A stretch of DNA of 64,000 nucleotides from assembly GCA_964016885.1 (NCBI GenBank), contig OZ024740.1, positions 202,864,001 to 202,928,000 on the forward strand, written 5' to 3'. The notes below the pieces were generated by a model that saw only the letters and a list, made by a program, of their open reading frames with translations, had not been told where the DNA came from and did not search any database. Both the position numbers and the translations under genes were made by a program. The stretch is from Eledone cirrhosa. Taxonomy: Eukaryota. Of this stretch, positions 45,756 to 58,379 are shown in pieces. Each line of letters starts with the position of its first letter. The stretch's first letter is position 1.

Positions 45756-46255
45756 AATGTAATCTGAGTTTTTCGAATATTAATAACATTCGATTCGTTT
45801 GCAATTATGCAAACAAGCATTCAGTAGAATGAACCCTTCATTCTTGTTCTTGTGTTGGCATGTAAACAGAACTGCAGACACTAATGTTTCTGGGTATCAC
45901 CCTTCATCAGTACAACTCACTGTTCACCTGCCAAACTGTCAGAGCTAGTGAAAATATATGCTATTTTCAAAAAACACAGTGACTGATCGGTCTAATTTGC
46001 ATATTAGCAGACTGGCTGATAATTCAGATCTGCATATTAGCAGATCCACTGACCAACCAGATTTGCATATCAGCAGACTGGCCAGTCAGTTTCCTGTATA
46101 CGAGCGAGAAATGGCCGGCTTTGCCGAATTCAACACAAGAGCAAGAATGAAGGGTTCATTCTACTGACATGGCTATAAAATTGAGGCTTGATTGCATAAT
46201 TGCAAACGAATCGAATGTTATTATTAATATTAAAAAAACTCAGATTACATTTATT
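45752..46255. mobile_element. PLE-type element with inverted termini
   Basis: 45752-45857 is mirrored at 46131-46255; an internal hammerhead is present. Confidence 0.75.
45869..45918 (-). ncRNA. Type I hammerhead ribozyme
   Basis: gaguugua CUGAUGA a-ggg-ugaua-ccc-a GAAA cauuagug UC ugcaguuc; 8-bp stem I including GU pairs. Confidence 0.75.
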
Positions 46256-46517
46256 GTATTCAGCCATGTAGAGCGAAAAAAGGTTTTCATTTTTATTATA
46301 TATATATATATAGCAATGGGTTATTTAAATAATAGCAATGAGTTATTCAAATAGAACTCACAACATTAAGTTCTAGCTTGAATATGTCACTATCTGTAAA
46401 ACAACTTTTGTATTTTATCTGATGAGTGCGTACCAAAATGTTGGTACCCTTGAAATATATATAATATAATAAAATAAATATGGTTTTATAAAGATAGTTT
46501 CCATTTATTAATATTAT

Positions 46518-46566
<49 letters not shown>

Positions 46567-46570
<4 letters not shown>

Positions 46571-47170
46571 AATAAATTATCGAGAATCGGAATTTTGGCC
46601 CACGAAATAACGAAACACAATCTTCGAAATGTGTGGCAAAGGGCTCAATAGTTTGGATAAACCAGAGCTATAACTATCGTTTAAATACCAACACACGGAG
46701 ACAATGCTTAAAATCACTCGCACAGCCGAAAAAAAACGACATACAAATGAATGAAAAATCTTTACCCGGACCCGCTAGAAAGATGGTAAATTCCAGCTTT
46801 TTGGTTTCTGCGGTTCCTAAATCAGTTACCGTCAGCTTACATAAAAAATATTCGGCTTCTGGCAGAAAGATGAACGAGGAAAACCACTTTCTCAACAGGC
46901 ATTTCGTTCGAATATACAGAAGAACCCGTTACTAAATCCACGTGGGGTTTAGCAAGGGAGGGAACCCCTATATTAGGCGAATGAATTCGGCAGTGTATAT
47001 ATTTGTAAAAATACAAAATATCACATATCGAATTAGAGTTCTCAACAGACGGGTTAAAATTAACATGAGCTATTCATCAGTCAATAAGATCAACTAAAAA
47101 ATCAATAAAATTAACTGGTCAATAGCTAAAGACTAGAGATAAATACAAATAAATTATCGAGAATCGGAAT
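46567..47170. repeat. ~580-bp segment bounded by a 27-bp direct repeat
   Basis: TACAAATAAATTATCGAGAATCGGAAT at 46567 and 47144. Confidence 0.7.
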
Positions 47171-47231
47171 CTCGGTATGGTGAACTAACTGTTGTGTAAC
47201 CAATTATATATATATATATATATATAAGTGG

Positions 47232-47277
<46 letters not shown>

Positions 47278-47354
47278 TTTGATAACTTTTATAGGTTTCG
47301 GCCAGTAATGGCCCAGGCTATGTCTAACTTAATAGCACCACCTGGCGAAATATA

Positions 47355-47520
47355 TAATTTTAGAAGAAATAGAAGCTTTCGCCGTATTTTGTACTAAAGA
47401 AAATTTAGCCTGATAGTGCGGTTTAAACCATTTTTAGGGGGGGGGGGGTTAAACCGCACTATCAGGGTAAATTTTCTTTAGTACAAAATACGGCGAAAGG
47501 TTCTATTCCTACTAAAATTT
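47355..47520. repeat. Inverted repeat (~72-bp arms)
   Basis: TTTCGCCGTATTTTGTACTAAAGAAAATTTA..CTGATAGTGCGGTTTAA is mirrored around a G-run. Confidence 0.8.
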
Positions 47521-47627
47521 CAAACTTCGCTCGCTGTTTCAAAACAAACTTACACACACGCGCGCGCGCGCGCGCACACACACACACACATATATATACA
47601 TATCGGCAGGGGGGGGGGGAGTGGGTA

Positions 47628-48790
47628 TCTTCTCTCTTTCTCTTAATTTTGAGTTTATTTTTGATTGGCCACCTTCCCGGTGGCAAGGTTGTAAAGAAAG
47701 GAAATTGTCGTTTTCTCTTGTGTAAGTGTTCATCGTTTGAATGGTCAGAATGTTTTACAAATTTTGTAAGTTCCAGATATCGTGGCTATTTGTGGCTAGT
47801 GAATTAAGGAGCGACGTTCTTTCTCCACAAATCCAAGCTCAGTTATACTTTAGTCCAGGTGAGTATCATGGATACTGGTTCTGCCAACTCATGAATTGTC
47901 TGTACATTTTTCTTACCACATTGACATCAAGTGGGCAGCTGACTTCTACAACAGCATGTTTTAAATATGAGGTCCCAAACAATAATTGTTTCTACTTTTG
48001 GCACAAGGCCAGCAATATCCAGTGCATTACTGGTACTTTATTTTATCTACCTCGTAAGGATGAAAGGCAAAGTTAACCTCGGCGGGATTTGAACTCAGAT
48101 CATAAAGGGACGTAACTCTGTGCTCCGACCCTCTACCGGTACTGCCAATCTGCCACCCAAATAATTGTTTCTACTTTTGGCACAAGACCAGCAATTACCC
48201 AGTGCATTATTGGTACTTTATTTTATCGATCCCGAAACAATAATATCATTTAATTTGGTGGCAGTAATTTTTATGTCTAGGTTCCACCAGCATTTCTTTG
48301 AGCCACCAGTCACAACATATTCCTCCCTATTTGATTTTATATTCGTCTCCCGTAATACATTCTAGATCGTTCTGGCTATCACATCCTGCCTCGTACGGAG
48401 GTATTAACGAGAAGACAATCTTTCAAAGATGGCAACAATGTGGCTAACATCTTCAGTCTTTGTTTTGGACAGCCAACATTTATTGTCAATTGATGACTTT
48501 TCTCTTTTGTATAGTAGGTGGGGAGTTCTTGTTCCTGGATTACATGGAGGTATCCGTCAAACTAGGATGTTATGAACTTGTCGGGACTCAACGTACGACT
48601 TTTACTCTGGTTTATCCCCTCTATTGTTTGTGTTTTTCGTCTAAAGTACCGTTGTACAACCTTCTTTGTGAATTGACACATTTTAAAAAAATGTTGTTCG
48701 AGTATTGAGTAGTCTTCCGATGTTCCTGAGAGAGAGATTTATATCAGGTTTTATTTCATGACTCTCTTCTAGATCAGTGGCTATCCTAGT
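47628..48790 (-). mobile_element. Second, more decayed R4/Dong-like copy interrupted by SINEs
   Basis: Colinear with 23830-24790; SINEs inserted at ~47982-48233. Confidence 0.8.
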
Positions 48791-48984
48791 ATGTATGTAT
48801 GTATGTATGTATGTATGTATGTATGTATGTATGTATGTATGTATGTATGTATGTATGTATGTATGTGTGTGTGTGTGCATGTGTGTATGTATGTATGCAT
48901 GGATGCATGTGTTTATGTATATATGTATGTATGATTGTGTTTGTATGTGTATGTATTTATATATACGTGTATATATACATACGT

Positions 48985-49019
<35 letters not shown>

Positions 49020-49365
49020 CGTAGGCGTGTGTGCGTGTTTATAATAAATATGAGACTTCAGAAGGAAGGGAAGTTTTTTTTTATATTCCTGGTGGAAAAC
49101 CGCATATAAATATTTACTCAACATTCGAGTGAAATAATCTTATTGGTGTTTCATTAGTTACGGTTTAAACGTAGCTGGTTTGATCTGGTTGAGCCAGGCT
49201 TAGTAATGGGTTTGATGGTACGTAGGTAAAAGTTTAAACGTAGTTAGTTTGATCTGGTTTAGCCTGGTTTTGTCTGATTTTAATGGTAGGTTGGTTAATG
49301 TTTAAACATAATAGGTTTGGTTATTGATGGTACGTTGTTTTCAATTTGACAATTCGATTTACATG

Positions 49366-49425
<60 letters not shown>

Positions 49426-49487
49426 CAGTGTGTGTGTGTGTGTGTATGTCTGTGTGTCTGTCTGTCTGTGTCTGTGTCTGTTTGAGT

Positions 49488-49640
49488 CCCGGGCTCAATC
49501 GGGGGGTAACCACAGTTAGTAAAGTACTCAAAACATTAGTAGAGGGTACTCATCATGTTTAGTATAGAAATGGTTTCTATAGGACTAGAACGGTTTCATT
49601 CAAAAGAAATCACCAGGAAACACTTCTTGTCCTGTAGAAG
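49488..49640. mobile_element. Family Y fragment with degenerate hammerhead
   Basis: GTCCCGGG..CGGGG..AACCACAG..GTACTCAA..CTATAGGACTAGAACGGTTTCATTC matches 57768-57895. Confidence 0.6.
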
Positions 49641-49641
49641 C

Positions 49642-49704
<63 letters not shown>

Positions 49705-49717
49705 ATATATATATATA

Positions 49718-50201
49718 TGTCTATGCGAGAGACAGCACGATCATACCAGCTCTGAGTTGTAGCTGACCACCAGGCTAAAGTCTCCCAGGTTGGCCACAAC
49801 TTACTTTCCCTATTTTTCCATGGTTACTTTTTTGCATGTTTCTTTCACCTGTGTCTTCCCACGATGGGACCTGTACACTTTTTTTCTCCTATTACTTTCC
49901 TATTTTTCCCCTTTTCCCTTCCCCCTTTCTTCCTCCTTTCCCTCTCTTTCCTTTTCTCTCTCCTTTTTTCTCCCCTTTTTTCTCTCTTTCTCTCTCCTGT
50001 TCCACCTGGCCTTTTGATTAATAAAAGGCCTCGGGCGCACACGAACTACACCGATGTCCTGTAATTCAGCACCGAAACATCGGTTCGGGAAACATTTACA
50101 GCTGACGATGGAAACTCCTTTCTTCCTTTCTCCTCCTGTTCCGTCCTAACCCCCATCCTAAACCTTGTTTTTAGTAACCACACAGCTCCTTTCGTTTCAT
50201 A

Positions 50202-50207
<6 letters not shown>
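49718..50207. repeat. Dispersed ~490-bp repeat, copy 2
   Basis: Highly similar to 12441-12935. Confidence 0.85.
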
Positions 50208-50256
<49 letters not shown>

Positions 50257-50264
<8 letters not shown>

Positions 50265-52210
50265 AAGTGAGTCCTTCATCAGTGACCCTCCAACCGTCCT
50301 CGGCATTTCATCGCTTTAAGGGCCATATGCCTCAGGTTGGTGCGAACAACGGCTAAAAAAAGTCGTTGGGACACGTAAATAAAGGGGGACGCTAGAGTAA
50401 CAACAAAAGGGTTTAAGCAACGGAAAGTGAATAGAAATAGACAAGTCCCAGATCTCTATGAATATAAACTCTGTGAAATCGTGAACAAGAGACGAAAGAC
50501 CATCGAACCTGGTAGAAATGTGAGCAAGGAAAGAATTTCGCCCAAGTTTGACGGGGGGGAAAAAAGAGAGAGAGAGAGAAAGAAAAAGGAGAGAAGAGGA
50601 AGAAGAAGAAGAAGAAGAAGAAGAAGAAGAAGAAGAAGAAGAAGAAGAAGAAGAAGAAGAAGAAGAAGAAGAAGAAGAAGAAGAAGAAGAAGAAGAAGAA
50701 GAAGAAGAAGAAGAAGAAGAAGAAGAAGAAGAAGAAGAAGAAGATAAGGTGGTCTGGTCTACGAATTCGGTAAACGCAAGTTTTGTGAAGTCGCAGACGA
50801 AAGAGAGAGAGAAAAAATTCCATACCAGCTCGGTCAAGACTGCGCGAGAAAAGAATTACACACAGGTCAAACTTGAAGGAGGAGGAGGAAAGAGGAGGAG
50901 GAGAGGTAGTGACAGAGAATGAGTGAGTGAAAGTTGAGGAGAGGGTAACAGAGAGGGAGACTGCTAGAAGTGGTAAAGATACAAGGAACGAAACAGACAG
51001 GCAGCATGGAAAAGTAATATGTGTAAATATGATGATAATAATGGAGCTGCGGCGTTGCAAATGGGATACATATGAAAAAGTGAGTCCTTCATCAGTGACC
51101 CTCCAACCGTCCTCGGCATTTCATCGCTTTAAGGGCCATATGCCTCAGGTTGGTGCGAACAACGGCTAAAAAAAGTCGTTGGGACACGTAAATAAAGGGG
51201 GACGCTAGAGTAACAACAAAAGGGTTTAAGCAACGGAAAGTGAGTAGAAATAGACAAGTCCCAGATCTCTATGAATATAAACTCTGTGAAATCGTGAACA
51301 AGAGACGAAAGACCATCGAACCTGGTAGAAATGTGAGCAAGGAAAGAATTTCGCCCAAGTTTGACGGGGGGGAAAAAAGAGAGAGAGAGAGAGAGAAAGA
51401 AAAAGGAGAGAAGAGGAAGAAGAAGAAGAAGAAGAAGAAGAAGAAGAAGAAGAAGAAGAAGAAGAAGAAGAAGAAGAAGAAGAAGAAGAAGAAGAAGAAG
51501 AAGAAGAAGAAGAAGAAGAAGAAGAAGAAGATAAGGTGGTCTGGTCTACGAATTCGGTAAACGCAAGTTTTGTGAAGTCGCAGACGAAAGAGAGAGAGAA
51601 AAAATTCCATACCAGCTCGGTCAAGACTGCGCGAGAAAAGAATTACACACAGGTCAAACTTGAAGGAGGAGGAGGAAAGAGGAGGAGGAGAGGTAGTGAC
51701 AGAGAATGAGTGAGTGAAAGTTGAGGAGAGGGTAACAGAGAGGGAGACTGCTAGAAGTGGTAAAGATACAAGGAACGAAACAGACAGGCAGCATGGAAAA
51801 GTAATATGTGTAAATATGATGATAATAATGGAGCTGCGGCGTTGCAAATGGGATACATATGAAAAAGTGAGTCCTTCATCAGTGACCCTCCAACCGTCCT
51901 CGGCATTTCATCGCTTTAAGGGCCATATGCCTCAGGTTGGTGCGAACAACGGCTAAAAAAAGTCGTTGGGACACGTAAATAAAGGGGGACGCTAGAGTAA
52001 CAACAAAAGGGTTTAAGCAACGGAAAGTGAGTAGAAATAGACAAGTCCCAGATCTCTATGAATATAAACTCTGTGAAATCGTGAACAAGAGACGAAAGAC
52101 CATCGAACCTGGTAGAAATGTGAGCAAGGAAAGAATTTCGCCCAAGTTTGACGGGGGGAAAAAAGAGAGAGAGAGAGAAAGAAAAAGGAGAGAAGAGGAA
52201 GAAGAAGAAA
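50257..52210 (+). repeat. ~800-bp unit, 2.4 tandem copies, possibly PLE-derived
   Basis: Units start at 50257, 51070 and 51857 and differ mostly in internal (GAA)n length. Confidence 0.9.
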
Positions 52211-52410
52211 GGAAAATGTTCAGGACCCCGACGGCAGAGTTCAAGCCGTTTCGGCTATTTCTGGACGTCCAGAAATAGCCGTCGAAACGGCTTGAGCTCT
52301 GCCGTCGGGGTCCTGAACATTTTCCTATTACCTACTCTACGACCCTAAGTATCGAGTACTCTGGTGCGTTATGGTCCACCTGGTTCCTTACCACACTTCC
52401 TTCGTTATAT
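52211..52410. mobile_element. Family X terminal palindrome
   Basis: Inverted about CTGGACGTCCAG at 52261-52272. Confidence 0.75.
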
Positions 52411-52434
52411 ATATATATATAATATATATAATAT

Positions 52435-52613
<179 letters not shown>

Positions 52614-52839
52614 CGTAAAATAAGAAAATTATAAAATTAACTTACTTACTAAAATTTCACTTCCAACTAATTAGTTTCTGAAAGGGAATAAATATACTTT
52701 CCGAAGAAAATACAGAGAATCCTTTCGTCGTCAGGGAAGTCTATTCTCAGCTAAGTTTCCAGGCAAAGCGTGGACTCTGGGAACTTATACAAAAATAATT
52801 CAGTGGATAGAAAATAGCAAAGCGTGGACTGAATTCCTA

Positions 52840-52927
<88 letters not shown>

Positions 52928-53349
52928 GTATGAATGTTATTGCATGTGTGGATGTTATTGCATGTGTGGATCTGTATGCTTTGGGTTATATGTGCATATG
53001 TGTCTGTATCTGTATCTGTTACACCTGTATATATGCAGATTTAACATGCTGAAGTTCTTAAACGTTTTACATATTTTTACAGTTCCCTTAATGGACTGTA
53101 CTTGCAACTTCCTAACTAACCGTGCTCTTTCTTCTTCTGTAAGCCCAGCTTCTCAAGACTTGTACTGAGGTAGTTAGTAACATATAGCTGAGTCACAATA
53201 ATCAAAGGTACAAATCTAAAGGGGGTTCGTAGATGTCGGAGAGACATTTTAGGTAAAGGCGGTCAATGTTACTGTTGATGCGGAAATTTCCGGTGCCTTT
53301 TAAAACTTTTCGAGTTTTGACATCAATGCCTCGTATCTCAATTAGCGAA

Positions 53350-55650
53350 AGTCAAATAGTCCAAATGTTGGTGTCAGTACAGGGATAGCAAAAAATTGTG
53401 GGTCACTGATTTATTGTGCAGAGAGTTAAGAAGACTATATTTTTCTTATTCATATTATATGTTTACCGTTTCTTGTCACAACTTCTATCATAGGATACAT
53501 TTTAATCTAACCTTAGTATCTTCCGTATCCTCGTCAGCTACCGCTGAAATAGTCAGGCCATTAATAGAATGTTGTTTGATTGGCTTGTAGATTTTCCTCT
53601 CTTTACAATCATATAGGAACATTTATCCTAACCAAACTTCATTCTTATGTCTATCGAGAATGTCGTAGCTAGTTCAAGGTTTTTCTTCAAACAATTTATA
53701 TTCTTGGCATAAAGTTTCAGGTCATCTACAAAGAAGTTATGTTTTAGGTTTGTGGTCTGGCTTCCTGTGAACCAATTCCGTATCGTTTAAATTTTCTAAG
53801 CATAAAGGACAATGTGTTTATTGGCAGTATAAATACCTTCAAGAGCGACTGTCTCTTTGAAATATATCCCTGTGATATTCTATTTTATCAGTGACAATAA
53901 TATAGTCCTTTTTCTCTGTTGTTAACTTCATGATAATGGCTTTGGAAGAAGGTAGATTATCTATGGCTGTGATAATGGTATCTGGGACTTTAGCAGGTCG
54001 AAGGGCTTCTAGCATCCTAGAATGGGTATCAGTCCAGCCTGACTTAACTAAGATCGTCCTATGTCGCCGAACCTCTGACACCGCGGTTTGGTTTGTTAGG
54101 AGTTGCTCAGCACACTTCCGCAATCCTTTCTTCCCAGCTGCTGTTTAACTTGTCTCAGTGATTCTGGAGGAACAGTTTCAAACAGGCTGTGTACATTTCA
54201 TGCATTAGGTTCTGGCATTCAACAAATCGTCAGTTTTTTGTCAAAAAGGTTTCTTTGTTTTGGGAGAACCAATCTTGTTTCTACCGATGTCAACCAGCTT
54301 GGTAGATGACCTTGAGAGCTTGCTGGTAGAGGTCGATAAGATACATTCGATAGAAAATCAGGCTTTTGTACAAACAATCATGTTTCTTCTTGGTGCTTCC
54401 TTATACTGAAGTTTTCCTGTCACAATCTCAATGGTATCATCATTGATGTTGTAATGCAGGGACTATCGATCGTTTGGATCTCTTTCAACCACACTGTATC
54501 TTGGTTGAATTTCTTTTCCTCGTCCCATATTTTGGTCCAGAAGGAATCTGTCTTTATTGATTTGCCGCTCATATTTCTATAGACTGATGTTTGGTTTCGG
54601 CTGAATCTTTTATTAATTACTTTTCTTTCAGCCACTCTTTCCTGATATCGGAGTTTCTCGCTGACAGTTCTCGGCTCTTGTTTGAGGCTGATCAATTTGT
54701 ATTGAAGAGTTCTGGTTGTGCTGTCTCCAAACATCATTTTTTATTTTATTATTCACTCTTTGTTGGGGAGGTATGTGGTCTTTTTAATATACATTTGATA
54801 AGTATTGTCATATGGCCAATAGTTTTTCGTAGGTCAGCGATCTTTTTTTCTACTTTTTAAATAAGCGATGGCATTTTTTGCGTTGTTTTGTTTCTGTTAA
54901 CATCTCTATTACCATCGAGATAATGCTTCACTTTCGCTGCTAAGGTATGTAGAGTAATGTTAATTTTCCAAAATGTAGGGACTTTAATTTGTTGAAATAT
55001 TCATCTCCAATTTCGCCGAAAGCATGTAGAATTTCTTTAATATTCTTGTTTAATATTTCAGAGAGACACTTTCATACATAATTAAACTCTTTTGAGGATG
55101 TTTTCACCAAGGATATATTTTTATCTGTATTCTTCACTTCTTCAGCTAATTGTAGTTTTATTATCATATCATTGGCGGTATTTTGATGTGAATGGCTTTC
55201 ATAGCTGTGAGATATAGCAGTTACGGTAAAGTCTATTGTCACTCGTCATGTCAAATTTGTCTCCGGTATGGTTTGTTTCAGGAGACTGTTTGTGTATAGC
55301 TGTTGTTTATTGTTGATGGTCAGACTGGCTACAAGAAAATCTAGTAACATGGCGGACTGTTGTGACACAAGTTGATTGCATGTCTGATCTATGAGACTGT
55401 TCCCTTAGTGTTGTTATTTGTAAGGGTTTCACTCTTTCATTGTTATCTTAAGTAATGTTTATGTTATGTTAACGTTTGACAAACGTTGCTTGTTGGCCTA
55501 ATTGTTTAGCTGTGAAATAATTTAGTTCTGGGTGAAGTTCGTCCTGGTGTGGCTTCATTCTGTTTATATAGCCAACAGGGGCATTTTATATTATGCCATT
55601 TAAAACCAATTAAATAAGTCGTTGCTGAGTTCGTAACTCCAAGAAAAATG
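53350..55650 (-). pseudogene. R4/Dong-like retrotransposon N-terminal and RT region, heavily decayed
   Basis: KLRYQERVAERKVINKRF, FWTKIWD, RKCAEQLL and IFQRDS; homologous to 17360-18390. Confidence 0.7.
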
Positions 55651-55904
55651 CGATTTGTAGTTTAGGTTCCTTTTGTAAATAGCACTAAATAGATTTTTTT
55701 TACCCTACATCGGAGAAATGCAGCATTTTGTCCCGTCTTCAATGGTGCTTTATCCCGGCAATCGATTATTACTAGTATTATAGACATCTGCGTTGGAGCG
55801 ACTACCTTTCAAATTTCAGATTTCCCCAATATTTCTTTAGTCAACCGAATGTTTACACTTCAATTTGTTGGTTTAAAATCTTCTAAAAGACGGCAATTGG
55901 TGGT

Positions 55905-55980
55905 CAGTGACTCCTTAGCGTAATGGTTAACGTACTCGCCAGGTTTCCCAGAGATACGAGATTCGATTCCTCTTTATCCG
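55905..55980 (+). mobile_element. tRNA-derived SINE head or tRNA pseudogene
   Basis: A-box TAGCGTAATGG and B-box-like GATTCGATTCC; no intact cloverleaf. Confidence 0.45.
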
Positions 55981-56034
55981 AATTTTTAAGTATTGTTGAT
56001 AGGGATTGGCTATTATATATATACATATTTATAT

Positions 56035-56084
<50 letters not shown>

Positions 56085-56087
<3 letters not shown>

Positions 56088-56613
56088 TTGGTGCTCTGAA
56101 ATAGCGATATATATATGAATGTATATATAGTATATCTGGCAATACACTGTATGCTTAATTAAAAGCATTTCGAAGACCTTACGCTATTGTTTTAGAGTAG
56201 TGACAGTCTCACTTACTTTAAATTTTCAGCAAACAGGGGAGATAAAGCTGACAGAGCTCTAAGCATACAGTGTATTGCAAAATACACTATATATACATTC
56301 ATATATATATATCGCTATTTCAGAGCACTAATTTTCAATTTCTGCTTGACCGACAACCGATCTGTATAATCAGTTCCTGATTATTACTAGAATTCCATAA
56401 GAATCAAACATTCATGATTTTCAGCAAACAGGTGGAGTACTTAGCTTTGATAAGTACCAAAAAGTACGAAACAGAGCTCTGTCAGCTTTATCTCCCCTGT
56501 TTGCTGAAAATTTAAAGTAAGTGATACTGTCACTACTCTAAAACAATAACGTAAGGTCTTCGAAATGCTTTTAATTAAGCATACAGTGTATTGCAAAATA
56601 CACTATATATACA

Positions 56614-56625
<12 letters not shown>
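56085..56625. mobile_element. Nested inverted-repeat PLE-like element
   Basis: ~56105-56260 is mirrored at ~56473-56625, and ~56090-56157 at ~56260-56328. Confidence 0.7.
56443..56487 (+). ncRNA. Minimal type I hammerhead ribozyme, U3:A8 core
   Basis: agcu UUGAUAA guac-caaaaa-guac GAAA cag-agcu-cug UC agcu. Confidence 0.8.
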
Positions 56626-56670
<45 letters not shown>

Positions 56671-57073
56671 TTATCCATATGTATGTATATACAAGTGGAA
56701 GCTTAGTAAAATCGAAGCTTTGGCTGTGGCCAAGCAAAGTCGACCTACAATAGGAATGGGTTAGCAAAGCACTCAATAAGGGTAGGTCCTTAGAGTAATA
56801 ACATACGTTTAAATAGCTTGACAAATTGAACATTGTGGTAGGCAAAACCCAACCATGCAATGCCAAAGTAACGAAAGAACTAACAGATGTATATATATAT
56901 ATATGTATATATGTGTATGTATATACATATATATATGTATACGTATATGTATATATATATATGTATATATGTGTATGTATATATATATATATGTATACGT
57001 ATACGTATATATATATGTATATATGTGTATGTATATATATATATAGATGTATACGTATATGTATATATGTGTA

Positions 57074-57158
<85 letters not shown>

Positions 57159-57194
57159 ATACGTATATGTATTGTATATATATGTATATATTTG

Positions 57195-57240
<46 letters not shown>

Positions 57241-57248
57241 CGTATATG

Positions 57249-57335
<87 letters not shown>

Positions 57336-57498
57336 TATTTACGTATCGAGAAAGAGAAAAAAAAGGGGGAGGATAGGTGATACATATAGTTATTTGCCAA
57401 GTAGCGTATATGCCAAAGGTGCTCGATACTAGTGCCGGCAGTATTAAATATTCGAAGTGTTAATATTTAGTGGGCTAGAGAGTTAGCAGAGCGTAAGC

Positions 57499-57741
57499 AC
57501 GTGGGAAAGTAAAAAATCGGAGAATAGACCGTTAAAACATGTTTATTTAAAACAGCACCTACGTACGTTTTGCTCGGAAAGAGTTTTTGGGGTTAAATCC
57601 AAAAACTCTTTCCGAGCAATATAAGGAACACTTTTGATTATTTATGCCCTTGAAAAGCCCAACTGGGCGAAACGTACGTAGGTGCTGTTTTAAATAAACA
57701 TGTTTTAACGGTCTATTCTCCGATTTTTTACTTTCCCACGT
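57499..57741. mobile_element. Short inverted-repeat element with internal 21-bp hairpin
   Basis: 57499-57570 is mirrored at 57670-57741; hairpin at 57570-57619. Confidence 0.75.
57646..57685 (+). ncRNA. Minimal type I hammerhead ribozyme, U3:A8 core
   Basis: gccc UUGAAAA gccc-aacu-gggc GAAA cguacg UA ggugc; stem I is bulged. Confidence 0.65.
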
Positions 57742-57849
57742 ATATATATATATATATATATACGTAGGTCCCGGGTTGAGTCGGGGATAACCACAGTAAG
57801 TAAGGTACTCAATACATGGCAGAGTAAAATTTTTTTATTTTATAGAAGG

Positions 57850-57954
57850 AACTTCTACAGGACTAGTACTGTTTCATTCAGATGAAATCTTCAGGAAGCT
57901 CTGAGCTTCCTGAAGATTTCATCTGAATGAAACAGTACTAGTCCTGTAGAAGTT
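57850..57954. ncRNA. Back-to-back hammerhead pair (family Y): 57850-57900 (-) and 57904-57954 (+)
   Basis: agcuuc CUGAAGA u-uuca-uc-ugaa-u GAAA cag-uacuaguc-cug UA gaaguu in a perfect palindrome. Confidence 0.65.
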
Positions 57955-57970
57955 CCTTCTATAAAATAAA

Positions 57971-58001
<31 letters not shown>

Positions 58002-58031
58002 TACACATTCACACACACGCACATACGCGCG

Positions 58032-58147
<116 letters not shown>

Positions 58148-58379
58148 GTTATTTCTAGGGGAAAATATGAAAATAAATAAATAATAATAAAAGTAGTCTT
58201 TCATAATTCACAGAATAAACGAACGCAGTATCGAAGGATATGATATAGGTATTTAGTGAAATCCGTTCGTAAGTGTAAAGCAGGTAAGACCATAAAGATT
58301 TCAAAGATGAGTATTTACAATATCACTTTTAAAACACGGTGGTTGAGTGCTACAACTGCTCATTATATAATCTTCAATT

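Noticed and set aside
46633-46935. Coding ORFs between the 27-bp direct repeats
   Set aside because: No recognisable motifs on either strand.
55905-55980. Functional tRNA gene
   Set aside because: A and B boxes are present, but the acceptor and anticodon stems cannot be formed.
56615-57432. YI/CV/HT-repeat ORFs, here and throughout the window
   Set aside because: They are translations of (TA)n and (CA)n microsatellites.
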